A DNA stretch of 45,798 nt from Chiloscyllium plagiosum (taxonomy: Eukaryota), in the NCBI RefSeq assembly GCF_004010195.1, contig NC_057750.1, positions 12,721,253 to 12,767,050 on the forward strand, given 5' to 3'. Of the stretch, positions 35,576 to 45,798 are shown piece after piece. How positions within the stretch are numbered: position 1 is the first letter of the stretch; each line of letters opens with the position of its first letter. The notes under the pieces are model-generated. The model was not told the DNA's origin. It searched no databases and worked only from the letters and a program-made list of their open reading frames with translations. A program made the position numbers and the translations under genes.

Positions 35576-35920
35576 TCAGTTTCACTTTCTGTTTGACAGC
35601 TTTGCCTTGCTTCTCGGTTTCGGTTTCAGTTCGGACTGCTTCCAACTCCCAGCCCTGATGGCCAAGGATTACATCGCACTATAGATGGGAATAACTTTTT
35701 TACCGGCAGTAAACCTAGTTTGAATCCTAAAAGTAGGCCATGATTCAGATCGAGTGTCCAAGATCAACCTCACTCCACATTCTGAATCTCTGCCCTTTTA
35801 TTTCAGTAAGAGGGGAACAGGGTTCCATTGCAATTGTGTAACCTTCACTCACTTTTCCACAATACCCGTTCCATGAGCAGCCTCCAGTATTCATCGGGTT
35901 CCTGTAATGTTGAGTCAAAT

Positions 35921-36113
35921 TGTGTGTGTGTGTGAGTGTGAGTGTGTGTTTGCGTGTGTGTTTGTGTGCATGTGTGCGCGGTGTGCATGCATGTACATGA
36001 GCATGTGTGTGTGTGCATGTGTGTGCTCATGTGTGTTTGCACATGTGTGCATGTGTGTTTGTGCATGAGCATGTGCGCGTGCGTGTGTGCGTGCGTGCGT
36101 GTATGTGTGTGTG
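35921..36113. repeat. (TG)n/(TGCA)n simple repeat
   Basis: Direct inspection. Confidence 0.9.
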
Positions 36114-36549
36114 CTTTCCGCACAATGGACATCACTTAGCTATTATGTGTTAACTCATACCCACCTCCTACTGCAATTATCATGGAGCATTACCCGATGT
36201 GTGGGCCATCGCATGGAATTCTCATTAATACAAAAAAGTTATCAATAGTTTTAAAACCTATTTTCTTCTCTTTGGTCTAGATGTTTTCAAACCTCTGGTA
36301 TAATCATTGATGAGATGTGAGGAGTCATCAAGGGAGCTAAGTCACTGTGTACAGTTGAAGAGAGAAGCTTGGTGAATCCTTGGTCAATGACTGTATGGTG
36401 GGTTTTCTCAAGTAGAAAACTAGATTTCCACTGTAACAGCTTAGAGTGCTGGGTCAGAGACATAGACTCTCTCAGGGATAGGAGCTGGACGTAGCACCAA
36501 CAACACAAAAACCAAAAGCCTCCAGATGTTTGGTGCCTGTCTATTATTT

Positions 36550-36780
36550 ACAAGTCAGGAGGGTGAGGGAATACTCCCCGCTTGCCCCTGGATGGGGGCA
36601 GCTCCAACAACGCTCAAGAAGCTCGACACCATCCAGGACAAAGTAGCCCCCACTGGTAACGGTATCTGCCACTTTCCACTTTCACTGCCTCTTCCACAGT
36701 GCCAGCAGTGTGTACCATCCACAGGGTGCAGTGCAGCAATTTGTTGAATGTTACTTTGGCCACATCTCTGATAACCCACT
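36550..36780 (+). mobile_element. LINE family B ORF fragment
   Basis: WMGAAPTTLKKLDTIQDK; its start overlaps 22468-22520 in sequence. Confidence 0.65.
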
Positions 36781-37202
36781 GTCTCTCGCACCTGGCAATG
36801 GTAGGTTTCTTCTTGTCCTAGCAAGCACAGACTGTGAGTGATTTAATCATCTTCTCACGACTGAAGGGGCTTATGTTGAATTGTCTTCATGCTCATGTTG
36901 TTGTTATTGGTGCTTTGGGAGTGTTGTTGGAGGGGTGGAAATCTCCATCAGATTTACCCAAGGACAGTACCATGGCCTCCCAAGGTCAGAGGTCAGAACG
37001 TCCTCTAACCCAGAATCCCTATTCCCAGTAGCTGCTATTGCCTGTGCCAGTTGTCCCTGTCATCACTTTCCCTGTCACTGTAGAGTTACTTTTCTCATTG
37101 TTTTACAGCATTGAAGTTGATATATAAATGTAAGTTTTTGTTGTTGGTGGAGAGGAGGTGAAGAGCTGAGGTAAAGCCACCTGAAGGCATTGTGGGTCAA
37201 GC

Positions 37203-37310
37203 TACAGCAGTGGTTCACAAAGGCAACTCACCCCCACCTTCTCAAAGGGGCAACGAGAGATGGGCAAGAAATGCTAGACAGGCCAGTGTCACCCCCGCCC
37301 CGTGAATGGA
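37203..37310 (+). mobile_element. LINE family B 3' end
   Basis: LQQWFTKATHPHLLKG then tail; similar to 16975-17056 and to reverse complements of 4219 and 29520. Confidence 0.65.
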
Positions 37311-37962
37311 TCATGAGGGAATGGAACATTATCAGAGGATTCAGCAAACGAGGTTGGAGGAACCAGTTTCCACCAGCAGAAGGAAGGGTAACCAGAGGTC
37401 ACAGACTTACGCTAATTGGTAAAAGATTCAAAAAGCTGATTTTTCCTGTTTTTAGACGAAAGGTTATTGTTGGGGGGTGTCATGCCCCTGTCATGGCTCA
37501 TGGTAGCTTTCCTCACACTGTCTACCGCTCCTTGTCCTGTTCATTATGCAACCGTCCTCTATGGCATCCTCCTCATGCAGAAGGAGAGGCCAAATTTCCT
37601 TCATATTGAAAGGCCAGCTACGTTTCAGTAGCTTCATGGCAGGAGCAACCCCTTGCCAACCCCTCCCCATACCCCCCCCCCAAACGCTGTCCTCCCAGGA
37701 AACCGAAACGTTTCAGCAAAGGGAAGGTGGCTCCCTGTTTTCCTGATCAGGAACCCGGCTGATGGACGGGGAGCACCATCCTTTTCCCAGTGGACACCAA
37801 GGCAGTGACACAGCTGGTCTGGAGACAGAGAAAGGCCCAGGTCAGTGCAGTCTCCAGACTCAGATGGAATGTGCAGCAGTACGGGGAAAATATGTTAATG
37901 ACCCTCTGGTTCCACAAAGGTACGAGCTATTGACTTCTCTCTGTTGCCATGACACACTTACC

Positions 37963-38590
37963 TGTTACGGACCAGACCCGACCCCCTCAAACTGCATGAA
38001 GAAGTAGTTCACACCCTAACATTTTCTGAGTTTTAAAGTAAATGTGTGTTCCAGACGTAATTCACTTGGTCAAATTCCTCAACGTTAAGCAAATCACAAT
38101 TTGTTCAAACACTCGAGTTAAAATGCAACTAAAGAAGGAATCAAAATAACTTAACTGGATGGGAAAGCTGAACAGAATAATCGATGCAGTAACTCTTATT
38201 AATTAACTGTTCCGATATAGTATCATCCCATAAACATGCCCTTGGCAAAAAGGCAAATTCAGAAAACAGATCGTCTCGCATGCAATCCAGCAGCTCAGGA
38301 AAAGAAGCCTCAGCTTTTGGTTCTAATCAAGAGAGGGAGAAATAGCGTCCACTTCTTCGAGACCCCAATAGTAATTGCCGCAGAAAACTAAAAACTAAAA
38401 TTTCCTGGTTTTGTGGGTGGGAGCGTGACCCCACCCATTCAGGGTGCTTCTATTGTTCCAGCTTTTAAGCACCCCATACCTCACAGGTTATTTATCTTCT
38501 CCAGGACTGCTCAATACCAGTCTTCCTATCTTTCTCTCTAAAAGAAACCGGGGTAAAAAACACCTCTTAAAGCCACAGAATCAACGTGCA
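37963..38590. mobile_element. possible solo LTR
   Basis: Starts TGTTA, about 630 bp non-coding; 3' CA end and target-site duplication not clearly identifiable. Confidence 0.25.
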
Positions 38591-39077
38591 CCATCGCCCA
38601 CAATGATGGAGCATTAACTCACTATTGCAATGAAGCCTCTCCACTCAACAAGTCTCACCCACACTTCCCCCTGCCCACTGACTAACCCCTCCTGCTTTGG
38701 GGTTAACAGGCGATATCATCCTCAGAGGTTGTCAGCGTCCAGGTAGATGCAAAGTGAGTGAGTGCCAAAACGTGAAGCCAAGCGCCATTCAGATGCCCCC
38801 CTCCCCCAGTGTGGATGTGCGAAATGGGGTGTGTGGCCATGACCAGAGCATGCACCTCCCTGAGCACCAAAGGGAAGTCCTGAACCTGAATCTGAGTTCA
38901 GGTGTGATAGTGCGCTGGTTCATTGACGCCAACCTTAGTTGACGAACAGTAGAGGAGGGTACTGGTCACAGAATATTCAAGGATACATTGGTGAAGGGTT
39001 ATTACAAGGGGGACCCAGAGAAGTGAATGGCATTGACTAGGCAACTGCCCTAACTTTCAAGTTGGCAACTGTCACCA

Positions 39078-39357
39078 TCTAGAATCTCGACAGTGTGGAA
39101 GCTGTCCATCATTCGGTCCATCAAGTCCACACTGACCCTCCATGTCCCCCCATCCCTATAGCCCTGCATCCCCTATGGCTAACCCAGCTACCCTGCTCAT
39201 CCCTGGACACCTTAACCTGCGCAAATTTGGTCAACCAGAGCACCCGGAGGAAACCCACGCGGACACGGGGAGAATGTGCAAACTCCACTCATTCACCCGA
39301 GGCTAAGATCAAACCCTGGCACCATGAGGCAGTCGTGCCAACCACTGAGCCACCGTG
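39078..39357 (-). mobile_element. HE1-type SINE, degenerate
   Basis: Reverse A-box and GGAGGAAACCCACGCGGACACGGGGAGAATGTGCAAACTCC body. Confidence 0.8.
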
Positions 39358-39954
39358 ATTCTCGGGAGAGGAGGGGAGAATTTCACGCTGTGTATAAATG
39401 AGGTGAGATTCACCAATGATGAAACGTAGGTGTGTGGCACCAAAGAAGTGCGCACTTATGAGTGAGACTCATAAATCACTTGTTGAAAACCTTAGTGGAA
39501 AAGTATTGTCCATCTCGCCATATTTATCAACATTCCCATGGATTGGGAAGACTCTAGCCAGAGAAACAGAAGAGGAGTATTTGTCCTTGACCACAATGAG
39601 CTGGAATACATTGTCGGAGCTGGTGGTGGCAGCAGATTTGAATAATATCTCTCAAAAAGGAATTAGGTTGATACTTGAGAAATATTTATTTGGTCACATG
39701 ATCTCCGTGCTATGTCAACGGCGCCACAGAAATGCAAGTTGTGGGATGAGCCTGCTTGGTACATGCGCTCAGAGATCTAGCCCGAGAACAGTGGACCCAA
39801 TGGCACCCTGCCCTTATGCAAAGGGTCTGTGAATATTTGCCGAGATCTCCTGATGTCTCTGTGGAATTATTGTGGAAGCCATAGGGGGCGGATGGAAATG
39901 GCCACTATGACAGGCATCGTTGCTGAAGGTGTCAAACTGTTCAAGCTATACTAA

Positions 39955-40410
39955 GCACGGTGGCTCAGTAAGGTAAAAACAATGACTGCAGACGCTGGAA
40001 ACCAGATTCTGGATTAGTGGTTCCTGATGAAGGGCTTTTGCCCAAAACGTCGATTTCGAAGTTCCTTCGATGCTGCCTGAACTGCTGTGCTCTTCCAGCA
40101 CCACTAATCCAGAAGGTGGCTCAGTAGTTAGCATTGCTGCCTCACAAGCTCAAGGGTCCTGGGTTCGATTCCACCCTCAGGCGACTGTCTGTGTCCAAAA
40201 CGTCGATTTCGAAGTTCCTTCGATGCTGCCTGAACTGCTGTGCTCTTCCAGCACCACTAATCCAGAAGGTGGCTCAGATGTGCAGGTTAGGGTGAATTGG
40301 CCATGGGAAATGCAGGGTTACAGGGATAGAGGAGGGGGTTGGGTAGGATGCTGTTTGGAGGGTAGGTGTCAACCTGTTGGGCCGACTGACCTGTTTCCGC
40401 ACTGTGGGGC
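39955..40410 (+). mobile_element. HE1-type SINE with PLE derivative (39971-40114) in its A-box and an 83-bp duplication
   Basis: GGTGGCTCAGTA at 39959-39970 and 40115-40126; 40042-40124 identical to 40195-40277. Confidence 0.85.
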
Positions 40411-40579
40411 TTTTAAAAACCAGCGCTGACCAGTTTCTCAACATCTTGATTGCTTTTGAATGGTCTGGCCTAGTCCAAGACACAAGGCCTAGAGATTTCC
40501 TTCTTTGAAGGGTGTTAGCAAAAAGAGATGGATTTTGGCAACAATTACTGATCATTTCATGAGGCCTTTTTTGAACATA

Positions 40580-41308
40580 ACTCAGTGGTAATATCCTGGG
40601 GAGTGTTGCTGAATAAAGAGACCTTGGAGTGCAGATTCACAGTTCCTTGAAAATGGATTCACAGATGGACAGGAGATATTGAAGAAGAGATGGGTACTCT
40701 TGCCTTTATTAGTCTGTGTATTGAGCATAATTGTTGGGACAACATTTGTGGCTGTACAGGACATTGGTTTGGCCACTTTTGGAATACTGCATTCAATTCT
40801 GGTCTCCTGAAGGCTGTTGTGAAACTGGAATGGGTTCAGAAAAGATTTACAAGGATATTACCAGGGTTGGAGGGTTTGAGCCACAGGGAGAGGCTGAATA
40901 GGCTGGGGCTGCTTTCCCTGGAGCATCGGAGGCTGAAGGGTGACCTTACAGAGGTTTATAAAATCATGAGGGGCATGGATAGGATAAATAGACAAAGTAT
41001 TTTCCTTGGGGTGGGGGAATCCAGAACTACAGAGCGTAGGTTTAGGGTGAGAGGGGAAAGATATAAAAGAGACCTAAGGGGCAACATTTTCACACAGAGG
41101 GTGGTGCCTGTATAGAATGAGCTGCCAGAGGAAGTGGTAGAGGGTGGTACAATTACAGCATTTTAAAGGCATCTGGATGGGTATGTGAATAGGAAGGGTT
41201 TGGAGGAATATGGGCCAAATGGGACTAGATTAATTTAGGATATCTGGTTGGTATGGGTGAGTTGGACCGAAGGGTCTGTTTCTGTGCTGTACATGTCTAT
41301 GACTCTGT
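40580..41308 (+). mobile_element. CR1/HER1-type LINE 3' fragment
   Basis: ORF 40690-41115 VQKRFTRILPGLEGLSHRERLNRLGLLSLEHRRLKGDLTEVYKIMRG; close to 15012-15410. Confidence 0.9.
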
Positions 41309-41782
41309 AACAATTCCATCAGCTGTTATGGTGGGATTTTCAACTTGCAGTGCCAGAGAATTAGCCCGCGCTGCTGGATTGCTAATTCTGCCGTCATCCC
41401 ACTCTTCAATCATCTCTCACATTTCAGAGTCCAGGCTGTGGGGGAAGGCACAGCTGCCATATGCAGGACTAAAGGAGCTTAAGGGAGGTGGGTGACGGGG
41501 CGAAAGGGGCTGGAATTGGGGAAGCTCTGAAATCTAGAAGTTGGAGAAGGTTGTGGCTTCCCCCTGTTTCGGTGGATGTGAATATTCAAGGTTTATTAAG
41601 AAACTGCAGTGCTTCATTCACGTGAACAAGGGGATGAATTCCAGTTAAATTGTGCACAGAATTAATTTGGCCTAGAGCCAGAGCATGGAGAATTCAACAT
41701 TAGTTGGGAACCTCTAATCTTAAGTCGCTTACTTGAGCTGTCCCAAAGGTGTCACTCTGGTTTACTGGGAGACTGTGTCAAT

Positions 41783-43167
41783 GGGTTATACAGTTGTATA
41801 GTTAGACAGTCATGTAGTTAAACAGTTATATAGTTATACAGTCGTAGAGTTATATAATCATACAGTTATAGAGCTGTATAGTCACATAGTGATAAAGTTA
41901 TATAGTGGGTTATACAGTTGTATAGTTAGACAGTTAAAGTTGTACACTTGGTTATACAGTCATGTAGTTAAACAGTTATATAGTTATACAGTCGTAGAGT
42001 TATATAATCATACAGTTATACAGCTGTATAGTCACATAGTGATAAAGTTATATAGCCATATATTTATAAAGCTATACAGTTATATACGCATATAGTTATA
42101 TAGTCAAATAGCCATACAGTTAGATAATCGCACAGTGATACAGTTATACAGCCATATAGTTATACAGTTAGATAATCACACAGTGATATTTATAAAGTCA
42201 TATAGTTTTACAGTTAGATAATCACACAGTGATATTTATACAGCCATGTAGTTATACAGTTAGATAATCACACAGTGATATAGTTAGACAACCTTAGAGT
42301 TATAGTTAGGTAATCACACAATGATACAGTTAGACAGCCTTATAGTTATACAGTTAGATAATCACACAGTGATACAGTTATACAGCCATATGTTATACAA
42401 TTAGATAATCATACAGTGATATAGTTTTGCAACTATACAATTATACAATTAGATAATCACACAGTGATAGAGTTATCCAACTATATAGTTATACAGTTAG
42501 ATAATCACACAGTGATAGAGTTATACAGCCATACATTTATACCGTTAGATAATCATACAGTGATAGTTATACAGCCATACATTTATACCGTTAGATAATC
42601 CACAGTGATAGAGTTATCCAACTATATAGTTATACAGTTAGATAATCACACAGTGATAGAGTTATACAGCCATACATTTATACCGTTAGATAATCACACA
42701 GTGATAGTTATACAGCCATATAGTTATACAGTTAGATATTCATACAGTGATATAGTTATGTAACCACATCGTTATACAGTTAGATAATCACATAGTGATA
42801 CCGTTATACAGCCTTATAGTTATATAGCCTTATAGTTATACAGATAGATAATCACACAGGATAGTTAAAGAGCCATATAGTTATACAGTTAGATAATCAC
42901 ACAGTGATACAGTTGTACAGTCATACAGTCTCACAGTGACACAGTTAGATAGCCATATAACTATACAGTTAGATAATTACACAGCGATACAGTTATAGAG
43001 CCATATAACTATACAGTTAGATAATTACACAGCGTTACAGTTATAGAGCCATATTGTTATACAGTTAGATAATCTCACAGTGACACAGTTAGATAGCCAT
43101 ATAATTATACAGTTAGATAATTACAAAGCGATACAGATATAGAGCCATATAGTTATGCAGTTATACA
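41783..43167. repeat. AT-rich degenerate minisatellite (8-bp subunits, about 48-bp unit)
   Basis: TATACAGTTAGATAATCACACAGTGATACAGTTATACAGCCATATAGT-like repeats. Confidence 0.9.
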
Positions 43168-43451
43168 GTCAACAGGAAAGACCTGGTAACAGGAAATTCC
43201 ACACATCCCAACAAACAAGTGCTTGATATTCCTGTTGTCTGGGAGAAGACAAACAGGGTGTGTGTCTCTGCAGGACTTTTATTCCTGGCAGAGGGTTTTG
43301 CTGTTGCCTGCTGCAATGGCCCATCTCTCCCAGAATTGATCGGAAAACAATGAAATGAAATACTGTCAGGAGTAAGAGGGAGATCCACGTGCCAGTCACC
43401 AGCCTGGGGGAGGTGTCCGGCTGGGGAAGCAGATCTCCAGAATAATCCTCA

Positions 43452-43513
43452 AAACATCGACTCTCCTGCTCCTCGGATGCTGCCTGACCGGCTGTGCTTT
43501 TCCAGCACCACAC
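43452..43513 (+). mobile_element. Penelope-like terminal fragment
   Basis: AAACATCGACTCTCCTGCTCCTCGGATGCTGCCTGACC. Confidence 0.7.
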
Positions 43514-43519
43514 TTCTCC

Positions 43520-43745
43520 ACTGTACAGTAGGTCCGGAGTCACGTGAAGGCCAGACAGGGTAAGGATAGCAGATTTCCTTCTCTGCAGGGATTTGGTGTG
43601 TGCTTTTCATGGAATAAAACAGAAGAGTTTTGATGACTACTGTCACTAAGTTTACAGATTGATATTTCACCAGCTGCACCAGGATTTGAACCCATGATCG
43701 CGAGGCAATAGCCCTAGGGTCAGGCTTACTAGTCCCGTGGCCAAC
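43520..43745 (-). mobile_element. SINE family B
   Basis: Shared core and reverse B-box GGATTTGAACC at 43682-43692. Confidence 0.6.
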
Positions 43746-44019
43746 CCGATGCACGTCGTCACAGCCTCCTGCTGAAGTTATGGAGTTCCTTTTGCTTGGA
43801 GCAATGTCAGTTGACAGACATCACTGAGGGACGAAGACAGGGTTCTTGAATTTTGGTGACGGTAACGTTGGTTGTGGGCACTCACTTCTGCTGGTGTTGG
43901 TCTGGGGGGGCTTTATTTAGGGGCCAGCTGGAGGCACAGTTGGCCATCTCGAATGGGTTTTCAGGCTTTTGAAAATGGGACATGCTCATTTCTGATTACG
44001 CCACCATGTGTGCTTATCA

Positions 44020-44832
44020 GTCTGTCTGCGCGTGCGAGAGAGAGTGTGTGTGTGTATGTGTGTCTCTCTCTGTGTGAGTGTCCATCTGTCTGTCTCTGTG
44101 TGAGTGGAGTGTGTGTGTATGTCTGTCTGTCTCTGTGTGTGTGTNNNNNNNNNNNNNNNNNNNNNNNNNNNNNNNNNNNNNNNNNNNNNNNNNNNNNNNN
44201 NNNNNNNNNNNNNNNNNNNNNNNNNNNNNNNNNNNNNNNNNNNNNNNNNNNNNNNNNNNNNNNNNNNNNNNNNNNNNNNNNNNNNNNNNNNNNNNNNNNN
44301 NNNNNNNNNNNNNNNNNNNNNNNNNNNNNNNNNNNNNNNNNNNNNNNNNNNNNNNNNNNNNNNNNNNNNNNNNNNNNNNNNNNNNNNNNNNNNNNNNNNN
44401 NNNNNNNNNNNNNNNNNNNNNNNNNNNNNNNNNNNNNNNNNNNNNNNNNNNNNNNNNNNNNNNNNNNNNNNNNNNNNNNNNNNNNNNNNNNNNNNNNNNN
44501 NNNNNNNNNNNNNNNNNNNNNNNNNNNNNNNNNNNNNNNNNNNNNNNNNNNNNNNNNNNNNNNNNNNNNNNNNNNNNNNNNNNNNNNNNNNNNNNNNNNN
44601 NNNNNNNNNNNNNNNNNNNNNNNNNNNNNNNNNNNNNNNNNNNNNNNNNNNNNNNNNNNNNNNNNNNNAGTGTGTGTGTGTGTCTGTCTCTGTGTGTGTG
44701 TGAATGTGAGTGTGTGTGTATGTCAGTCTGTCTCTGTGTGTATGTCTGTCTGTCTCTGTATGAGTGTGTGTGTGTATGTCTGTGTGAGTGAGTGTGTGTG
44801 TGTGTCTGTCTGTGTGTGTGTGTGTGTGTGTG
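44020..44832. repeat. (TG)/(TC) simple repeat spanning a 524-N gap (44145-44668)
   Basis: Direct inspection. Confidence 0.9.
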
Positions 44833-45052
44833 CTAGCACTGTGAGGCAGCAATGCTAACCGCTGAGCTGCAGTGCTGCCCATACAGCTTGCCCATTGACA
44901 GAGATGGAACAACTGCACATTATTGGAGGAAAAGTGAACAAACTCTGTGAGGGTCTGCTCCTCCAATCACAGACTCCCTTCCTTCCACCCTTGCTGCTCT
45001 TTAAAAGACAGAATCTATGATTGGAGGAGTAGCTAGGATAGACGAGAGGGAG

Positions 45053-45520
45053 TGGATAAAATGTGGAGCTGGAAAATCGCAGCAGGTCAGACAGCATCAG
45101 AGGAGCAGGAGAGACAACATTTTGGGTCAGGATGCTTCATCAGGACTGCAGAGGGAGAAGGGAGCTCAGAAATAATTAGGGGGTATGGGGCTGGGGGGTA
45201 AAGATAGGAGGGATGGTGATAGGTGGATGCAGGTAGGGGGTTATTGTGATTGGTCAGTGAGAAGGGTGGAGTGGATAGGTGAGAAGGAAGAGGGACAGGT
45301 TAGGTCAGGCAGCATCCGAGGAGCAGGAGAATCGATGTTTCGGGCGTAAGCCCTTCATCAGAAAAGGAGTTCTCTTCGGATGCTGCCTGACCTGTTGTGC
45401 TTTTCCAACACTACAGTCTCGTCTCTGACCTCCAGCATCTGCAGTCCTCACTTTCTCCAGGTGAGGTCAGGTCGAGGAGGCAGGGAGGAGAGGAAACGCT
45501 GGACATGGGATGAGGTTGGG
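45053..45520 (-). mobile_element. older PLE terminus with nested fold-back PLE derivative (45310-45457)
   Basis: Hammerhead motifs at 45112-45148 and 45330-45365 (minus); CAGGTTAGGTCAGG 45296-45309 and CAGGTGAGGTCAGG 45458-45471. Confidence 0.75.
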
Positions 45521-45798
45521 AGTGAGGAGCCTTGGATTGGAGTAGCAGTAATGGTGAGTGGGAGGGAGCCAGTGATTGGTGGAGAAAATAGGGCAACAGA
45601 GAGTGGAGCCTCTGACAGATGGAGAAGTAAGGGCGAGAGGGAGAGGGTCTATGATTGGTGGAGAAGTGAGAGCAAGAGGGAGGGAGCTGTGATTGGTGAA
45701 GAGGCAAGGATGGGAAAGTGAAGAGATGAGAAGATCCAGTGGAGGTAAAGTGAGCCTGGCTTCTACATGAGGGAGAGGGAGAATGGGAGGGAGGGAGG

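Noticed and set aside
35387..35589. CAGTTTCACTTTC repeat (35387-35399 and 35577-35589) as target duplication of the 35420 element
   Set aside because: The left copy lies about 20 bp from the apparent element end, so the assignment is uncertain

Overview
Eukaryotic, repeat-dense, essentially non-coding DNA with three N gaps (1873-1920, 6797-7296, 44145-44668). The repeat content indicates a shark/elasmobranch genome, inferred from HE1-type tRNA-derived SINEs and CR1/HER1-type LINE 3' ends. No intact protein-coding gene is supported. The supplied ORFs are SINE, microsatellite or gap artefacts, or decayed LINE/Penelope fragments; one weak candidate terminal exon lies at 16778-16888 (-). The most notable structure is about a dozen short Penelope-like-element (PLE) derivatives carrying a minimal type I hammerhead ribozyme motif (CTGAnGA-stem II-GAAACGTC, with a palindromic ACGT stem III). 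Stem II shows compensatory changes between copies, several insertions are fold-back (inverted-arm) elements, and six are flanked by 12-16 bp direct repeats. Hammerheads in PLEs are an established phenomenon; whether these shark families are described cannot be checked here. Other features are a second hammerhead variant (AAGCTT stem III), minisatellites that arose inside a SINE and inside a MITE with higher-order alternation, nested insertions, and a few repeat-free islands that may be regulatory. Repeat family names come from pattern recognition, not database search, and boundaries of decayed elements are approximate.
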